A stretch of DNA of 64,000 bases. Source: Octopus sinensis (taxonomy: Eukaryota). This document shows, piece by piece, positions 50,990-64,000 of the stretch. Both the position numbers and the translations under genes were made by a program. Position 1 is the stretch's first letter, and each line of letters opens with the position of its first letter. The notes beneath the pieces are model-generated. The model searched no databases. It was given only the letters and a program-made list of their open reading frames with translations, and was not told the origin of the DNA. Location of the stretch: contig NC_043003.1 in the NCBI RefSeq assembly GCF_006345805.1, positions 97,526,001 through 97,590,000 on the forward strand, given 5' to 3'.

Positions 50990-51020
50990 TTACATATATA
51001 TATATATATATACATATATA

Positions 51021-51053
<33 letters not shown>

Positions 51054-51621
51054 ATATATTATATATAATATATTATATATATATATACATATATATACAT
51101 ATATATATGTATATATATATACATATATATATACATATATATAATATATATACATATATATATGTATATACATATATATATATATGTATATACATATATA
51201 TATATATATGTATATACATATATATATATATGTATAATATATATATGTATATATATATACATATATATATACATATATATATGATATATATATACATATA
51301 TATATACATATATATATACATAATATATACATATATATATACATATATATATGTATATATATATACATATATATGTATATATATATATACATATATATAT
51401 ACATATATTATGTATATATATACATATATATATGTATTATATATATACATATATATATACATAATATATGTATATATATACATATATATATGTATATATA
51501 TATATACATATATATATACATATATGTATATATAATATATATACATATATATATATATGTATATATATGTATATATATATATACATATATTATATATATG
51601 TATATATATATATACATATAT

Positions 51622-51655
<34 letters not shown>

Positions 51656-51758
51656 CAATATATATATATATATGTATATATATATATCATATATGTATAT
51701 ATATATATATGTATATATATATTATACATATATATATGTATATATATATATACATATA

Positions 51759-51791
<33 letters not shown>

Positions 51792-52231
51792 ATATATTAT
51801 ATATATATATATATGTATATATATATACATATATATATACATATATATATGTATATATATATACATATATATATACATATATATATATGTATATATATAT
51901 ACATATATATATATACATATATATATACATATATATATGTATATATATATACATATATATTACATATATATATGTATATATAATACATATATATATACAT
52001 ATATATATACATATATATATGATATATATATATATATATATACATATATATATACATATATATATGTATATATATATACATATATATATATACATATATA
52101 ATATATATATATATATATATATTATATATACATATATATATACATATATATGTATATATATATACATATATATATACATTATATATATACATATATATGT
52201 ATATATATATACATATATATATACATATATA
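50716..52231. repeat. ~1.5-kb interrupted (TA)n/(TATAC) microsatellite
   Basis: Directly visible; a similar array lies at 53395-53727. Confidence 0.97.
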
Positions 52232-53385
52232 TTACTTTATCCCCGTCTGTCTTGATAGACAATGGGTTGCGCCAAGGGTGGGGCCTACTTTGATGATGTG
52301 CAGCGTCTGCTGTGACTGAACAGTCCAATTCTAGAGTGGCAGTCCTTGGTACAGTTGCTGCACACGAACATCGATGGGTACGTATGGGTTGTTGCTGCAG
52401 TTGTCCTCCTCCTGTCCCGCCTGTCCAACCACAGCTGTGCTCTCCTCTCCTCAGCCATGGAAACGCCTTTCCTCACCGTCCGACGCCAGGCAGAGCGGTC
52501 AGCAGCTGTTTCCTCCCACGTGTCCACACAGATGTTGGCAGTCCTCAGGTCGCGCTTGCACACGTCCCTGTATCGTAGCTGTGGACGTCCCTTGGGTCGG
52601 GATCCCGTGGTGAGTTCGCTGTACAGGATGTCTTTAGGCATGCGACCGTCCTGCATGCGGCAGACGTGTCCGAGCCAGCGCAGTCGTCTCCGCACGAGGA
52701 GGGCATACATGCTTGGCATATCAGTCTGTTCCAGGATGACTCCGTTTGGCACTCGGTCCTTCCAGGAGATGCCAAGGATCCGTCGAAGACACCGCATGTG
52801 GAAGCCGCTGAGGCGGCATTCCTGCCGGGTGTATGTTGTCCAGCTCTCGCTGCCGTTGAGTAGGGTGCTCAGCACGCAGGCTCGGTACACTGCGATCTTG
52901 GTGGTTATTCTGAGCATGTTGTTTTCCCACACTCTCCTGGAGAGCTTAGCCATAGCAGCAGCAGCCTTCCCAATCCGTCTGTTCAGCTCCGGCTCGAGGG
53001 ACAGGCTGCTGGAGACCGTCGATCCCAGGTAAGTGAACTCGTTCACCACCTGCAAGCTGTGGTCGCCGACACTGATGCTGGGGACCCCTCCGACGTCCTG
53101 GCCCATGATCTCTGTCTTTTTCAGGCTGATGGTAAGGCCGAACTCTTGGCAGGCATCCGCCAGGGAGCTGACTAGCCTCTGGAGACCCGGTTGGTTGTGT
53201 GATGTTAGGGCAGCATCGTCAGCAAAGAGGATCTCTCTGATCAGCACCTGACGGACTTTGGTCTTAGCTCTGAGGCGCGCAAGATTGAACAGCCCACCAT
53301 CAGCCCTGGTGTGGAGGAACACTCCGTCGTCGGACGTTCTGAAGGCATAGGACAGGACAAGGGAGAAGAAAATTCCGAAGAGCGT
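52232..53385 (-). mobile_element. Young 5'-truncated RTE-clade LINE (RT C-terminal half plus 3' UTR)
   Basis: Stop-free frame with [35 protein letters not shown] and a terminal CxxC..SRIGLxSH motif. 3' UTR has a GTCT/AGAC hairpin. GC-rich relative to its flanks. Confidence 0.95.
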
Positions 53386-53511
53386 CCTATGCCTACATAT
53401 ATATATGTATATATATATACATATATATATACATATATATACATGTATATATATATACATATATATATGTATATATATATATGTATAATATATGTATATA
53501 TATATATATGT

Positions 53512-53546
<35 letters not shown>

Positions 53547-53579
53547 GTATATATATATGTATATATGTATATATATATG

Positions 53580-53610
<31 letters not shown>

Positions 53611-53648
53611 GTATATATTATATATATATGTATATATGTATATATATG

Positions 53649-53727
<79 letters not shown>

Positions 53728-53729
53728 AT

Positions 53730-53939
53730 AGTTGTAATTGTAGGATCAGATCGAAATGTCTGGTATCTGGCTGCTGCTTGGTCCAAAATGTGATTTATAA
53801 ATGTACAATAGTGACTTCAAATAACAACTATCTTTATTTCGGTTGTTCGGTAGATTTTAAAAAACGTTTAAACAATCATTTTTCCTCCTTTAGACTCAAA
53901 CACAAAGCAGGTTGCACAACATAATCTTGTAAAATTTGG
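53730..53939 (+). mobile_element. Penelope-like element, Cys-rich linker plus GIY-YIG remnant
   Basis: [28 protein letters not shown]...YLYFG...[13 protein letters not shown]...TT*SCKIW; in-frame stop at 53922. Confidence 0.75.
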
Positions 53940-54074
53940 TTTTATGTTTTCGTTTCTCGTTGTGTTCTACGTTTATTTGTGGTGTCCTGTACTCATATAT
54001 GCATGTATATATACATATAGATGTAGGTATGTACATATATGTATGTATGTATGCATATGTTTTATTTATTTGTT

Positions 54075-54147
<73 letters not shown>

Positions 54148-55087
54148 AGGCAGGTGGCTTAGTGATTAGGGTGCCAGAATCATGATCGTAAGATTGTGGT
54201 TTCGATTCCTGGACCAGGCTACGCATTAAGACTATTCTGCAGAGACCTGAATAAGTGGAAATTCAAAGGAGCAATATCTGGCAAATATGTAGGGTGGGGT
54301 AACACATCCCAGCTGAGCTCAATTTTTGTCTGGTTGCCAAAGCATCAAGTGCTGAAAATGAACTTTCTTATCTTCCATTTTAAAGGGTTACAGAACTAAC
54401 ACAGGTTATAGGAACATAAACCTTCTTCCACGAAAAGATAGCTTAAACTGTGCTCTAAATGGAGGTGTAGTCAAATCCTATTTTATGGACTCAACCATGT
54501 TCTAAAATAAGTTGAAAGGTAAGCTACTATAAATCGGCACAAACTTTCCGGACAACCCAATAGAAATAAAATTTCAAAATTTTTTCTTTGTGTGTGACCT
54601 GGTACCAAATGGTCTACGGCCTCATATTGCCCATGATCTGGTGTAGAGTACATTGTTTATTTAAACTGAATTCTTTTCCTGATGATTTGAGTGTTACTTG
54701 ACTGCAATCAGTCATATCTGGATGCTCATGATCATTGCTAAGAACACAGGAACATTTTTTTTTTACATTTTGGCAGCTGACCTACAGTAGGAAACAGACC
54801 AAATCATCAGGAAAATGCAGCATATTAAAATTACTATAATATAATCCATATTGTAAACCACTGTATATCAGAGTACAGAGTGTGGTACTCAAGTAGGGCA
54901 TGGAGACATTTGCAATCCACATCGCTGAATCTGTGGCTCATACCTATTCAGTTGTTCCAATGACTATCTGCTTGATCAAGGCTGACCTGGGCCTACCCAA
55001 AACCGATGATCACACATATAGCAAAACAGCTAAAAAACCAATAACAACATAATATATGAGCTCCTCTATCTAGTCCTCCAGCCTTTT

Positions 55088-55351
55088 TGGACTGGCTCCT
55101 GTGCAAGTGGCACATAAAAAGCACCATTTGAGCGTGGCTGCTGCCAGTACCGCCTGACTGGCCCTCGTGCCGGTGGCACGTAAAAGCACCCACTACACTC
55201 TCAGAGTGGTTGGCATTAGGAAGGGCATCCAGCTGTAGAAACTCTGCCATATTAAGATTGGAGTCTGGTGCAGCCATTTGGTTCACCAGACCTCAGTCAA
55301 ATCGTCCAACCCATGCTAGCATGGAAAGCAGATGTTAAACAATGATGATGA
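55088..55351 (+). mobile_element. Retroposon family C
   Basis: Same core and tail. Confidence 0.8.
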
Positions 55352-55739
55352 TTTCTATTGAAATACATTGTCTCAATTTCAGTCAATTTCTAAATTAACG
55401 AAGAATTTAGAAAAGCAACTTTGTAATCATTAAGCTGGTGTTTGGAATGTAAATTAACACAAAATCTTGATGGAAAGTTTTAATTTAGATCATTTTAAAA
55501 TATAAATTTTGTATCATTGAAACAAGGTGGTCGCAGGTGATTTGGTATTAAAAGAGTTAACATAGTAAAATTAGTTGACAAACCCTCTGATATCATATTA
55601 TATTTCCCTCTTGCAAAAAGGACAAATGCACTGGTTAGTGTTGTTCTATATAATAGAAGACAGAATGGTTATGACTGGAATGTTTTTAACAGTATGTTTG
55701 TTCAATTAGGGCTGATCTAGGATTGAACAACACCATCGT

Positions 55740-56100
55740 CGATTACAACCACCATCACAACCACCACCATTACCATAATCATTGCTGCCATCATTCCCAC
55801 CACCACCACCATCATAAGTACTACCACTGTCATTCCCACCAGTGCATTGCTGCAGTAACAACCACCATCGTTATCTTCACCACCACTATGATCATCACTA
55901 CCATCAATGTCATCGCCACCAACAATGTCACCACCACCACCATCTCTACTCTCACCACCACTTGCATGTTGCTATCATAACCACCAACACTACTACCTTC
56001 ATGCAACCTCTGCCACCACAGTAAAATACCTCACACCCCCGGCAGATTATCAACACCCCTATCAATACCATATCACCACCGCCACCCCTACCACCATCAC
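55740..56100 (+). repeat. (CAC/CAT)n low-complexity tract
   Basis: Directly visible. Confidence 0.9.
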
Positions 56101-56517
56101 CTCGTGCTATAGCTTACACTGTAGGTTATCAATTTGTCATTCCTTCATTGCTGGGGTTAAGTTTGTTATTTCGTCTTCATTGCTGTGTAGTCAGGTAACT
56201 TTGATTACATAACTTCAGAGTCGATTGCAGAAGGAAGGAAGAGAGCTAGGCGCCAAGTTTTCAAGCTGCCCCATAAAAAGAAAAAGAAAAAATGCTGATA
56301 GAATGACAGAAATGTCAGACATTGCAAGGATGAAGGTTCATCCCAAGTTGTGGTTGAAATGAATGAAAAGCGGACAAGAATTTCAATTCCAGATGAAGAG
56401 CTTCATTTTGAGTATGTGTAAAGAGTGATGGTAAATTGTCCTAAATAAATTAAAGTAACTTATAATAGAACTCGGAAGTGATGACAGTGACATACCAAAA
56501 TTTCATTAAAAAAAAAC

Positions 56518-56915
56518 AGTGGCTGTGTGGTAAGTAGCTTGCTTACCAACCACATGGTTCTGGGTTCATTCCCACTGCGTGGCACCTTGAGCAAGTGTCT
56601 TCTACTATAGCCTTGAGTCGACCAAAGCCTAGTGAGTGGATTTGGTAGACAGAAACTGGAAGAAGCCTGTCGTATATATGTATATATATGTATGTGTGTA
56701 TATGTTTGTGTGTCTGTGTTTGTCCCCCCACCATTGCTTGACAACCAATGCTGGTGTGTTTATGTCCCCGTAACTTATGGGTTCAGCAAAAGAGACCGAT
56801 AGAATAAGTACTAGGCTTACAAAGAATAAGTCCTGGGGTCGATTTACTCGACTAGAAGGTGGTGCTCCAGCATGGCCGCAGTCAAATGACTGAAACAAGT
56901 AAAAGAGAGAAAGAG
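56518..56915 (+). mobile_element. SINE family A
   Basis: Match to the other copies. Confidence 0.9.
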
Positions 56916-58074
56916 ATAATGATCTTTCCTTCAACATTCAAGGCTTCAACATCCACCACTTGGACCAACTGTCAACGCTCTATTTTTCAATCAAAACTGC
57001 CTTCCACACCTTGAGTTGAGCATTCTGGCAACTGATTTTCAACAGGTTCACAGTTTTCCAAATCTGGACATTCACTTTCTCACTTCCCATTACCTCAGTG
57101 TTTTAGTTATCTTGGGAGTAACAAAAAAAATTAGGACTATAGTATGTATTACAGGAAAGGTCTTTCCAATGTAACCATGTTGGAATCACCTATCAACAAG
57201 TGAACATCCTCAGGTGTTTGTCCTGTCTCTCATGCAATCACGTTTCAACCACTAGTAATACCTACTCAATCATGCTTGTCAGCAATTTGCAACGGCGTCT
57301 ACATTTAGAAGTCGCCAAGCTTTTGTATCATATTTTCAATTCAAAATGTAAAGCCAGCTTTATTCTCTGCATGGGGTTGCTCAGGGTACCAACAAACTGG
57401 ACAGTGGCCAGGGATCACATGTTGGAGAGGTCACCACCTTTTGTGATCTTTGAAACAAAAGGAAAAAAAAAAATTAAGATTATTAATAAACCTTTTATTT
57501 AAACAGTAATAAATTGTTCTAAGCACTTTATTCCTTCATTTTCGTGTTTTATTCCTTGGGAAAATTTTTAAATAAGATACTTGTAAGGGTGCTGAAATTC
57601 AGCTTACCTGGTGCATTAGTAACCTTTGGACCAGTTTGTCTCCACATTCCAAAACATACTGTGTCTCTCACTTCTCTTATTGATATAGTCCCTCAAAAAC
57701 CATTCAATATTTGTGCTTGGTAGTGACTATTCCATAACCACTTAATATTCTTACTTGCAAGAATTCGCCTTCAAAAGGTGTCAATACATCAATATTGCTT
57801 AAACTTGACAAAGTTTCTTTGTACCACAGCCTATCCTAGGTGACAGTTCTCCAATTAGGATTTGTTAACTTCTCATCCTCTGTCACAGTACTTCAATTGC
57901 CCAAAGGTTAACAGAAGAGGTTAACTGTTCACTGTGCAAGTGAGACCATAACCCATGGCCTCAGTCCACTTATGCATACCTTTCCTTCTTTGGACACAAA
58001 ACTCTACTTGTGAAGACCTGTTGAGGCAAGTGAAAATCAAAATCAAAATCAAAGTCAAAACCGATCAACATCAA

Positions 58075-58418
58075 TGGAAATTGTAGCTGTGATACCAGTG
58101 CCGGTGCACATAAGAGAACCATCCGAACGTGGCCGTTGCCAGCGCCGCCCCAACTGACTTCTGTGCTGGTGGCACATAAAAAGCACCATCTGATCATGGC
58201 CATTTGCCAGCCTCGTCTGGCACCTGTGCCAGTGGCACGTAAAAAGCACCCACTACACACATGGAGTGGTTGGCTTTAGGAAGGGCATCCAGCCGTAGAA
58301 ACATTGCCAGATCAGACTGGGCCTGGTGCAGCCTTCTGGCTTCCCAGACCCCAGTTGCACCGTCCAACCCATGCCAGCATGGAAAGTGGACGCTAAACGA
58401 TGATGATGATGATGATGA
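58075..58418 (+). mobile_element. Retroposon family C
   Basis: Same core and tail. Confidence 0.8.
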
Positions 58419-58699
58419 TTGCATTTGTGTTAAAATCACTTACTGACAAGTCAAATTTCAAGCTCTTTGGATCGAGTCTTTCCCGCCACCTGTTGACCTT
58501 AAAACTTCACACGTTCATCCAAAATCCATCAACTGAATCAAGAATCACAAAAGACTAGCTAATATCAAGTTACAAAAATTCAGTATACCAGGTGCAGTTT
58601 GTCTACATTCTTCTAACAATATGTTCATTCATTACATATTGATCACGTCAACTTTTGTGATCGAGACACTCTTCATCACCCCATAACATTAATATTCTT

Positions 58700-59900
58700 G
58701 GTGCATCTTCATCACCTATTCTCTTTGTTACAGTTACAGAGCATGAAATCAAACAGACTATTCTTTCCCATGCCATTGGATCAAGATCTGTGACTGACAT
58801 CGCATCAAGAGTTTCATTTCCTTACAGATTTGTGAGGTGGGGATTGGTTTGATTCAGCCGGTTAGGAAACTGACAAATTTTCTTCTGCAGTGTTTGCTAC
58901 CAAAACATATTCGTGAGTTTACGTACAACATTGAATATTTTACCTTAAAAAAAATGCAATGTAAAACTGATCTCTATTGATAATATCTATGGTACACAGT
59001 TAACAAAAACAACCCTCTGTCCATTCACTTCATCTCTAACTAAAAACTTCCTCCTAATACAATTTGGCTTGAGTATGCCTCCTAGGATATGAAGTGGCAG
59101 CAATGTGCTTATTCCTCAGAAAATGTAGAACCTGCTCCCCAACAGATAATTCCACTTTCATTCTTCCTAACCTTCTGAGCCCAAGTGTCATCTATATGCA
59201 ACCTGGACATCTCACGCCAAATTTGTGCCATCTCCCTGATCAGCGACCTCAAAAACATTCTCCAATGGAACTGTACCAATTGTGTCTATCTCAACAGCAC
59301 AAAAAATATGATCACTACTCTTATCAAGAAAACATTATCACATTTCATTCTTCTTAGGTGTGAATGTAACTACAAACCATAAAGTTACTTCAAGTGGTGG
59401 ATGTCACCATCAACGACGATCTCCCCGGGCGTTCGCATGTTCTCAATATAACAAAATAAATTTTTCCACAATCCGCTTGAGTCTTCGAAAATAATTTATC
59501 CTCAAAGACTACTAATCCTCTACAAAACTCAGATGTGATTCGCAATGGAACACTACTCTCACAACTAGCACAGTGTTAGTGATAGATACTACTAGATGCC
59601 CAGGGCTGCCTCCAAAGTATGGCAACTCGACTGATTGACAAGAAGTCACCCACAAAACCCCTCCAGCCTCTAATTCATAGACATGTTGTCTCCTCTCTCG
59701 ACTCTTGCTATCACTACTACAGTGGCATCTGCTCTCTGAGCTGGTTGGTGTTAATCCTTCTCAATACCCAGATATTCTTGAATCATTCCTTTTTTCTTCA
59801 TTCTTTAAACATTTTGTGTTTTCTCTCTAGATCCGCATCAACCATTATCTCCAGTCCATCCTCTCTATGACATCAAGATTCTCTCTCTATTCATGTCTTC
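58700..59900 (+). mobile_element. Old CR1/L2-group LINE remnant
   Basis: CHLYA, DLKNILQW..N...LN, LLGV, LQPLIHR.VVSSL...Y.YY.G.CS. Confidence 0.6.
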
Positions 59901-60023
59901 AACCTGCAGCTGTTCAGGAAAAACTTTAACTACATCAGACTCATTGGACTGATAAGAGCTGCAAAGGCCGTAAGGACTGCTCAGACTAACTCAATAAAAT
60001 TAAACAGATGTGGCTGTTAATTA

Positions 60024-60418
60024 TACTCTTTTACTTGTTTCAGTCATTTGACTGCGGCCATGCTGGAGCACCGCCTTTAATCGAGCAACTCGCCCCCAGG
60101 ACTTATTCTTTTGTAAGCCCAGTACTTATTCTATCGGTCTCTTTTGCCGAACCGCTAAGTAACGGGGACATAAACACACCAGCATCGGTTATCAAGCAAC
60201 GCTAGGGGGGACAAACAGACATACAAACACACACACGCATATATATATATACATATATACAACGGGCTTCTTTCAGTTTCCGTCTACCAAATCCACTCAC
60301 TAGGCTTTGGTTGCCCGAGGCTGTAGTAGAAGACACTTGCCCAAGGTGCCACACAGTGGGACTGAACCCAGAACCATATGGTTGGTAAACAAGCTACATA
60401 CCACACAGCCACTCCTGC
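60024..60418 (-). mobile_element. SINE family A
   Basis: Full-length match. Confidence 0.9.
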
Positions 60419-61013
60419 AAATAATTTTTAACAACTTCAATGCCTATTTCCCAGGGGACTGATAAGGAGGGGCTAAAATTTTATGATATAATTAAAGGAA
60501 GAAGGACATCGCCCATGAGATTGTACCAGGGGAGTACTCCGAGACTGGTGGGAGAAAGTTGTATTCTTACCAACCTCGGAAGCGCTGAAAATAATTGAGA
60601 GCTGGCCTGAATGTTTGCAGAAGCGAGGTCTCAGCTACAGGCATCCAAGAATAATTGCACTTCTCTGATTAAATCATTATCTTGCATAGTTTCAAGAGAC
60701 AGAGTGTTTATACATTCCATTCTCTGCTAAAATGTTTATAATTTGAATACTATGAGATAAAAGTTTCCTTGTTGCACTCAAATGAGGCTATGTGCATTTG
60801 ATGTCACAACTGCACTAATCAAGTCTATGTACTGATATATATAATGTGTGTGTGTATAAGTATTTGTATGTATGCACTTATATATATATATACACACACA
60901 CATATATGCATGTATATATATATTGTTATATATATATATTATATATGTATACATTATATATATTCATGTATGTGTATATATACATTATATGTGTGCATGT
61001 GTGTGTATATGTG

Positions 61014-61055
<42 letters not shown>

Positions 61056-61450
61056 TATATATACATGTATATATAATAGATTGACATCTTACTGCTGTTT
61101 TGCTATTCACTGGGATTGTAGTCACAGCAGCTATAACATGTAAACAAAAGTTTATATATATATATATTCTAGTAGGAGCTGGTACATTGGTTCTTAATGG
61201 GGGTTTGTGGTTATATGATACAAAGAGAAAAGGGTGGTGTATTTATTCAGTCTCTGACCATCTTGCAATCGGATATTTTCTAGGCCAGACATACACAATT
61301 ATCTTCTCTCTTTAATGTAAACAGACACAGACAAACATGCATACATATACACACATTAACCTATTACTACATCACTACTATCATTTATATAGATAGGTAA
61401 ATACCCACACACACTCATCTTGATATCTCTTTGTAGGGGTGTATATGTCT

Positions 61451-61845
61451 TTCATCATCATCATCATCATCATCATCGTCATCGTCGTTTAGCGTCTGCT
61501 TTCCATGCTGGCATGGGTTGGACGGTTCAACTGGGGTCTGGGAAGCCAGAAGGCTGCACCAGGCCCAGTCTGATCTGGCAATGTTTCTACGGCTGGATGC
61601 CCTTCCTAACGCCAACCACTCCATGAGTGTAGTGGGTGCTTTTTACGTGCCACCAGCACAGGTGCCAGATGAGGCTGGCAAACGGCCACGATCAGATGGT
61701 GCTTTTTACGTGCCACTGGCAAGGAGGCCAGGCGAGGCTGGCAACGGCCATGATCGGATGGTGCTTTTTACGTGCCACCAGCACGGAGGCCAGTCGGGGC
61801 GGCACTGGCAATGGTCACGATTGGATGGTGCTTTTTACATGCCAT
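61451..61845 (-). mobile_element. Retroposon family C
   Basis: Reverse complement, closely similar to 58075-58418. Confidence 0.8.
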
Positions 61846-62039
61846 TATGTATATATTTTCATTACGTGTGTGTGTGTGTGCGTATGTTTATCTTTGTTTC
61901 AGTCCCTTTGTCCCCACACGACTTGAAACTGGTGTTGGTTTGTTTATGTAACTTAGCGGTTCAGCAAAAGAATCCAAATGCAATAAATTGTTCCCTAATG
62001 AGCTATTGTGGTTAAGCAACCAATTTTACTTGGAATGTC

Positions 62040-63120
62040 CAATGGAGAATTCCTAACAACCACAATGTTGAAAGGTGCGTAGGAACAAATGAAGTTGGTG
62101 GGAGTGGGCACCAGATCCAGACTGTATGATAGATGGAGGACCACTGATTATCCCAATTTGCCAATTGCCTAATTTATTGCCACAGAGATGTCATAGTGAA
62201 TATGAATGGTTTTCAAATTCTTGCTTGGTCTCTTCTTCATAATCCCTTCTCTAAGCTTTTTATGTACTGCTCATTGTTCACAGTAGAACCAATGCCATGT
62301 TATAGGAAATCAAGGAAAATGACACCCTTGTCATTCTCCAAAATACTCACCATAACTTTCTGAGGCTTTGAGAAGAGGTGTGATACCATTCCATGAACTG
62401 GCACTTCATTTCTGGTTTATAAAGATACGCCCACATTTTATACCCAGTTACCAAAGAAGAAAAACACACCAGCATCGGTTGTCAAGCGATGTTGGGGGGA
62501 CAAACACATACACATATATACGACAGGCTTCTTTCAGTTTCCATCTACCAAATCCACTCACAAGGCTTTGGTCGGCCTGAGGCTATAGTAGAAGACACTT
62601 GCCCAAGGTGCCACGCAGTGGGACTGAACCTGGAACCATGTGGTTGGTAAGCAAGCTACTTGGCCTCAAATGATTGCAATGATCAGAGCAAACATACACC
62701 CTTCTCTCTTCAAATTGAATATCATCTGCCGAGGTATCCACTCCAAATACAATTTCAGATGGTTTTCCACCATCTTCTGTAATGTACCGTGACCACAGTT
62801 CAGTTATGCAGCAAACTCATAAGTTTTGATTCACCTGTCCATGCAAATAATTTTGTCCACTTGCTGGATATTTGTATCAGTGGTTACAGTTGATAGTTTC
62901 CTCAATGCACAGTTTATTTTCATTGGTGGTTTCCCTTGCTATATATTTTTTCATTCATCTGTGCTCATTGCACTAGTCAATGATGTCACCACCATAGAAA
63001 ACCCTGCACTCCTACTTCATCAAGAACTCAATAAGGGCAAACTGATTCCGCTTGAAAGACATTTTTTCACCTGCATTGATGAAGTAAAGGAAGAAAGGTT
63101 ACAATAGAGAAAGAATTACT
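62040..63120 (-). mobile_element. Highly decayed mariner, interrupted by a SINE
   Basis: TVTTDTNIQQVDKII..., LVTGYKMWAYLYKPE...QFMEW..., KGVIFLDFL; many stops. Confidence 0.65.
62463..62660 (-). mobile_element. SINE family A fragment inside the mariner relic
   Basis: Partial match. Confidence 0.85.
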
Positions 63121-63154
63121 CCATCAACATGTACAATTTGAACTATCCTTCCAT

Positions 63155-63903
63155 TCTTTCACTTGTTTCAGTCATTTGACTGCGACCATACTGGAGCACT
63201 GCCTTTAGTCGAACAAATTGCCTCCAGGACTTATTCTTCATATGCCTAGTACTTTTTCAATCAGTCTCTTTTGCTGAAATGCTAAATTAGGCGCAGGAGT
63301 GGCTGTGTGGTAAGGAGCTAGTTTACCAACCGTATGGTTCCGGGTTCAGTCCCACTGCGTGGCACCTTGGGCAAGTGTCTTCTACTATAGCCTCAGGCCG
63401 ACCAAAGCCTTGTGAGTGGATTTGGTAGACAGAAACTGAAAGAAGCCCGTCGTATATATGTATATATATATATGCGTGTGTGTGTTTGTGTGTCTGTCCC
63501 CCTAGCATTGCTTGACAATGGATGCTGGTGTGTTTATGTCCCCGTTACATAGCAGTTCGGCAAAAGAGACCGATAGAATAAGTACTGGGCTTACAAAGAA
63601 TAAGTCCCGGGGTCGAGTTGCTCGATTAAAGACGGTGCTCCAACATGGCCGCAGTCAAATGACTGAAACAAGTAAAAGAGTAAAAGAGAGTTATGGGAAT
63701 GTAAACACACCAACATTGGTTGTCAAGCGACGGTGGGGTAACAAATACAGATACAAATATATATATACAAGCTGCTTTCAGTTTCAGCTTACCAAATCCA
63801 CTCACAAGGCTTGGTCGGCCTGAGGCTATAGTAGAAGACACTTGCCCAAGGTGCCACGCAGTGGGACTGAACCTGGAACCATGTGGTTGGTAAGCAAGCT
63901 ACT
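63155..63903. mobile_element. Nested SINEs: + copy (63289-63688) inside a - copy
   Basis: The minus-copy sequence resumes after the insert (gctaa...ttatgggaatgtaaacacacc). Confidence 0.8.
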
Positions 63904-64000
63904 TGGCCTCAAATGATTGCAATGATCAGAGCAAACATACACCCTTCTCTCTTCAAATTGAATATCATCTGCCGAGGTATCCACTCCAAATACAATTTCA
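63790..64000 (+). repeat. Near-identical direct copy of 62546-62757, running off the window end
   Basis: Identical except for one T indel, and includes the same SINE/mariner junction. Confidence 0.9.

Noticed and set aside
50709-52255. Long ORFs (up to 368 aa) of Y/I/M/C/H residues
   Set aside because: Translations of the (TA)n microsatellite. The same applies to ORFs at 10523-10833, 16002-16694, 38415-38790, 53481-53786 and 60844-61143.

Overview
AT-rich eukaryotic genomic DNA, dense in SINEs and microsatellites. It is most likely an octopus (cephalopod) genome; this is inferred from recognising the repeat families and was not verified by a search. One host gene can be rebuilt: a minus-strand flavodoxin-fold NAD(P)H:quinone oxidoreductase (NQO1/NQO2 family), CDS join complement(27563..27731, 20789..21039, 17797..17898, 13562..13825), 786 nt / 261 aa, all introns GT-AG. 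The rest is layered mobile DNA: four SINE-like families, mariner, hAT, Helitron and Gypsy relics, CR1/RTE/Penelope fragments, MITEs, and one young uninterrupted RTE 3' fragment inside a (TA)-rich array. The most notable observations are: (1) a complete type I hammerhead ribozyme fold at 40652-40750, downstream of a Penelope-like GIY-YIG remnant; (2) a spacer-less palindrome spanning ~2 kb with its later insertions, just upstream of the first coding NQO exon; (3) an NQO protein with NQO2-type active-site residues plus an NQO1-type C-terminal tail. No CRISPR or prokaryotic features were seen. All coordinates and alignments were made by eye.
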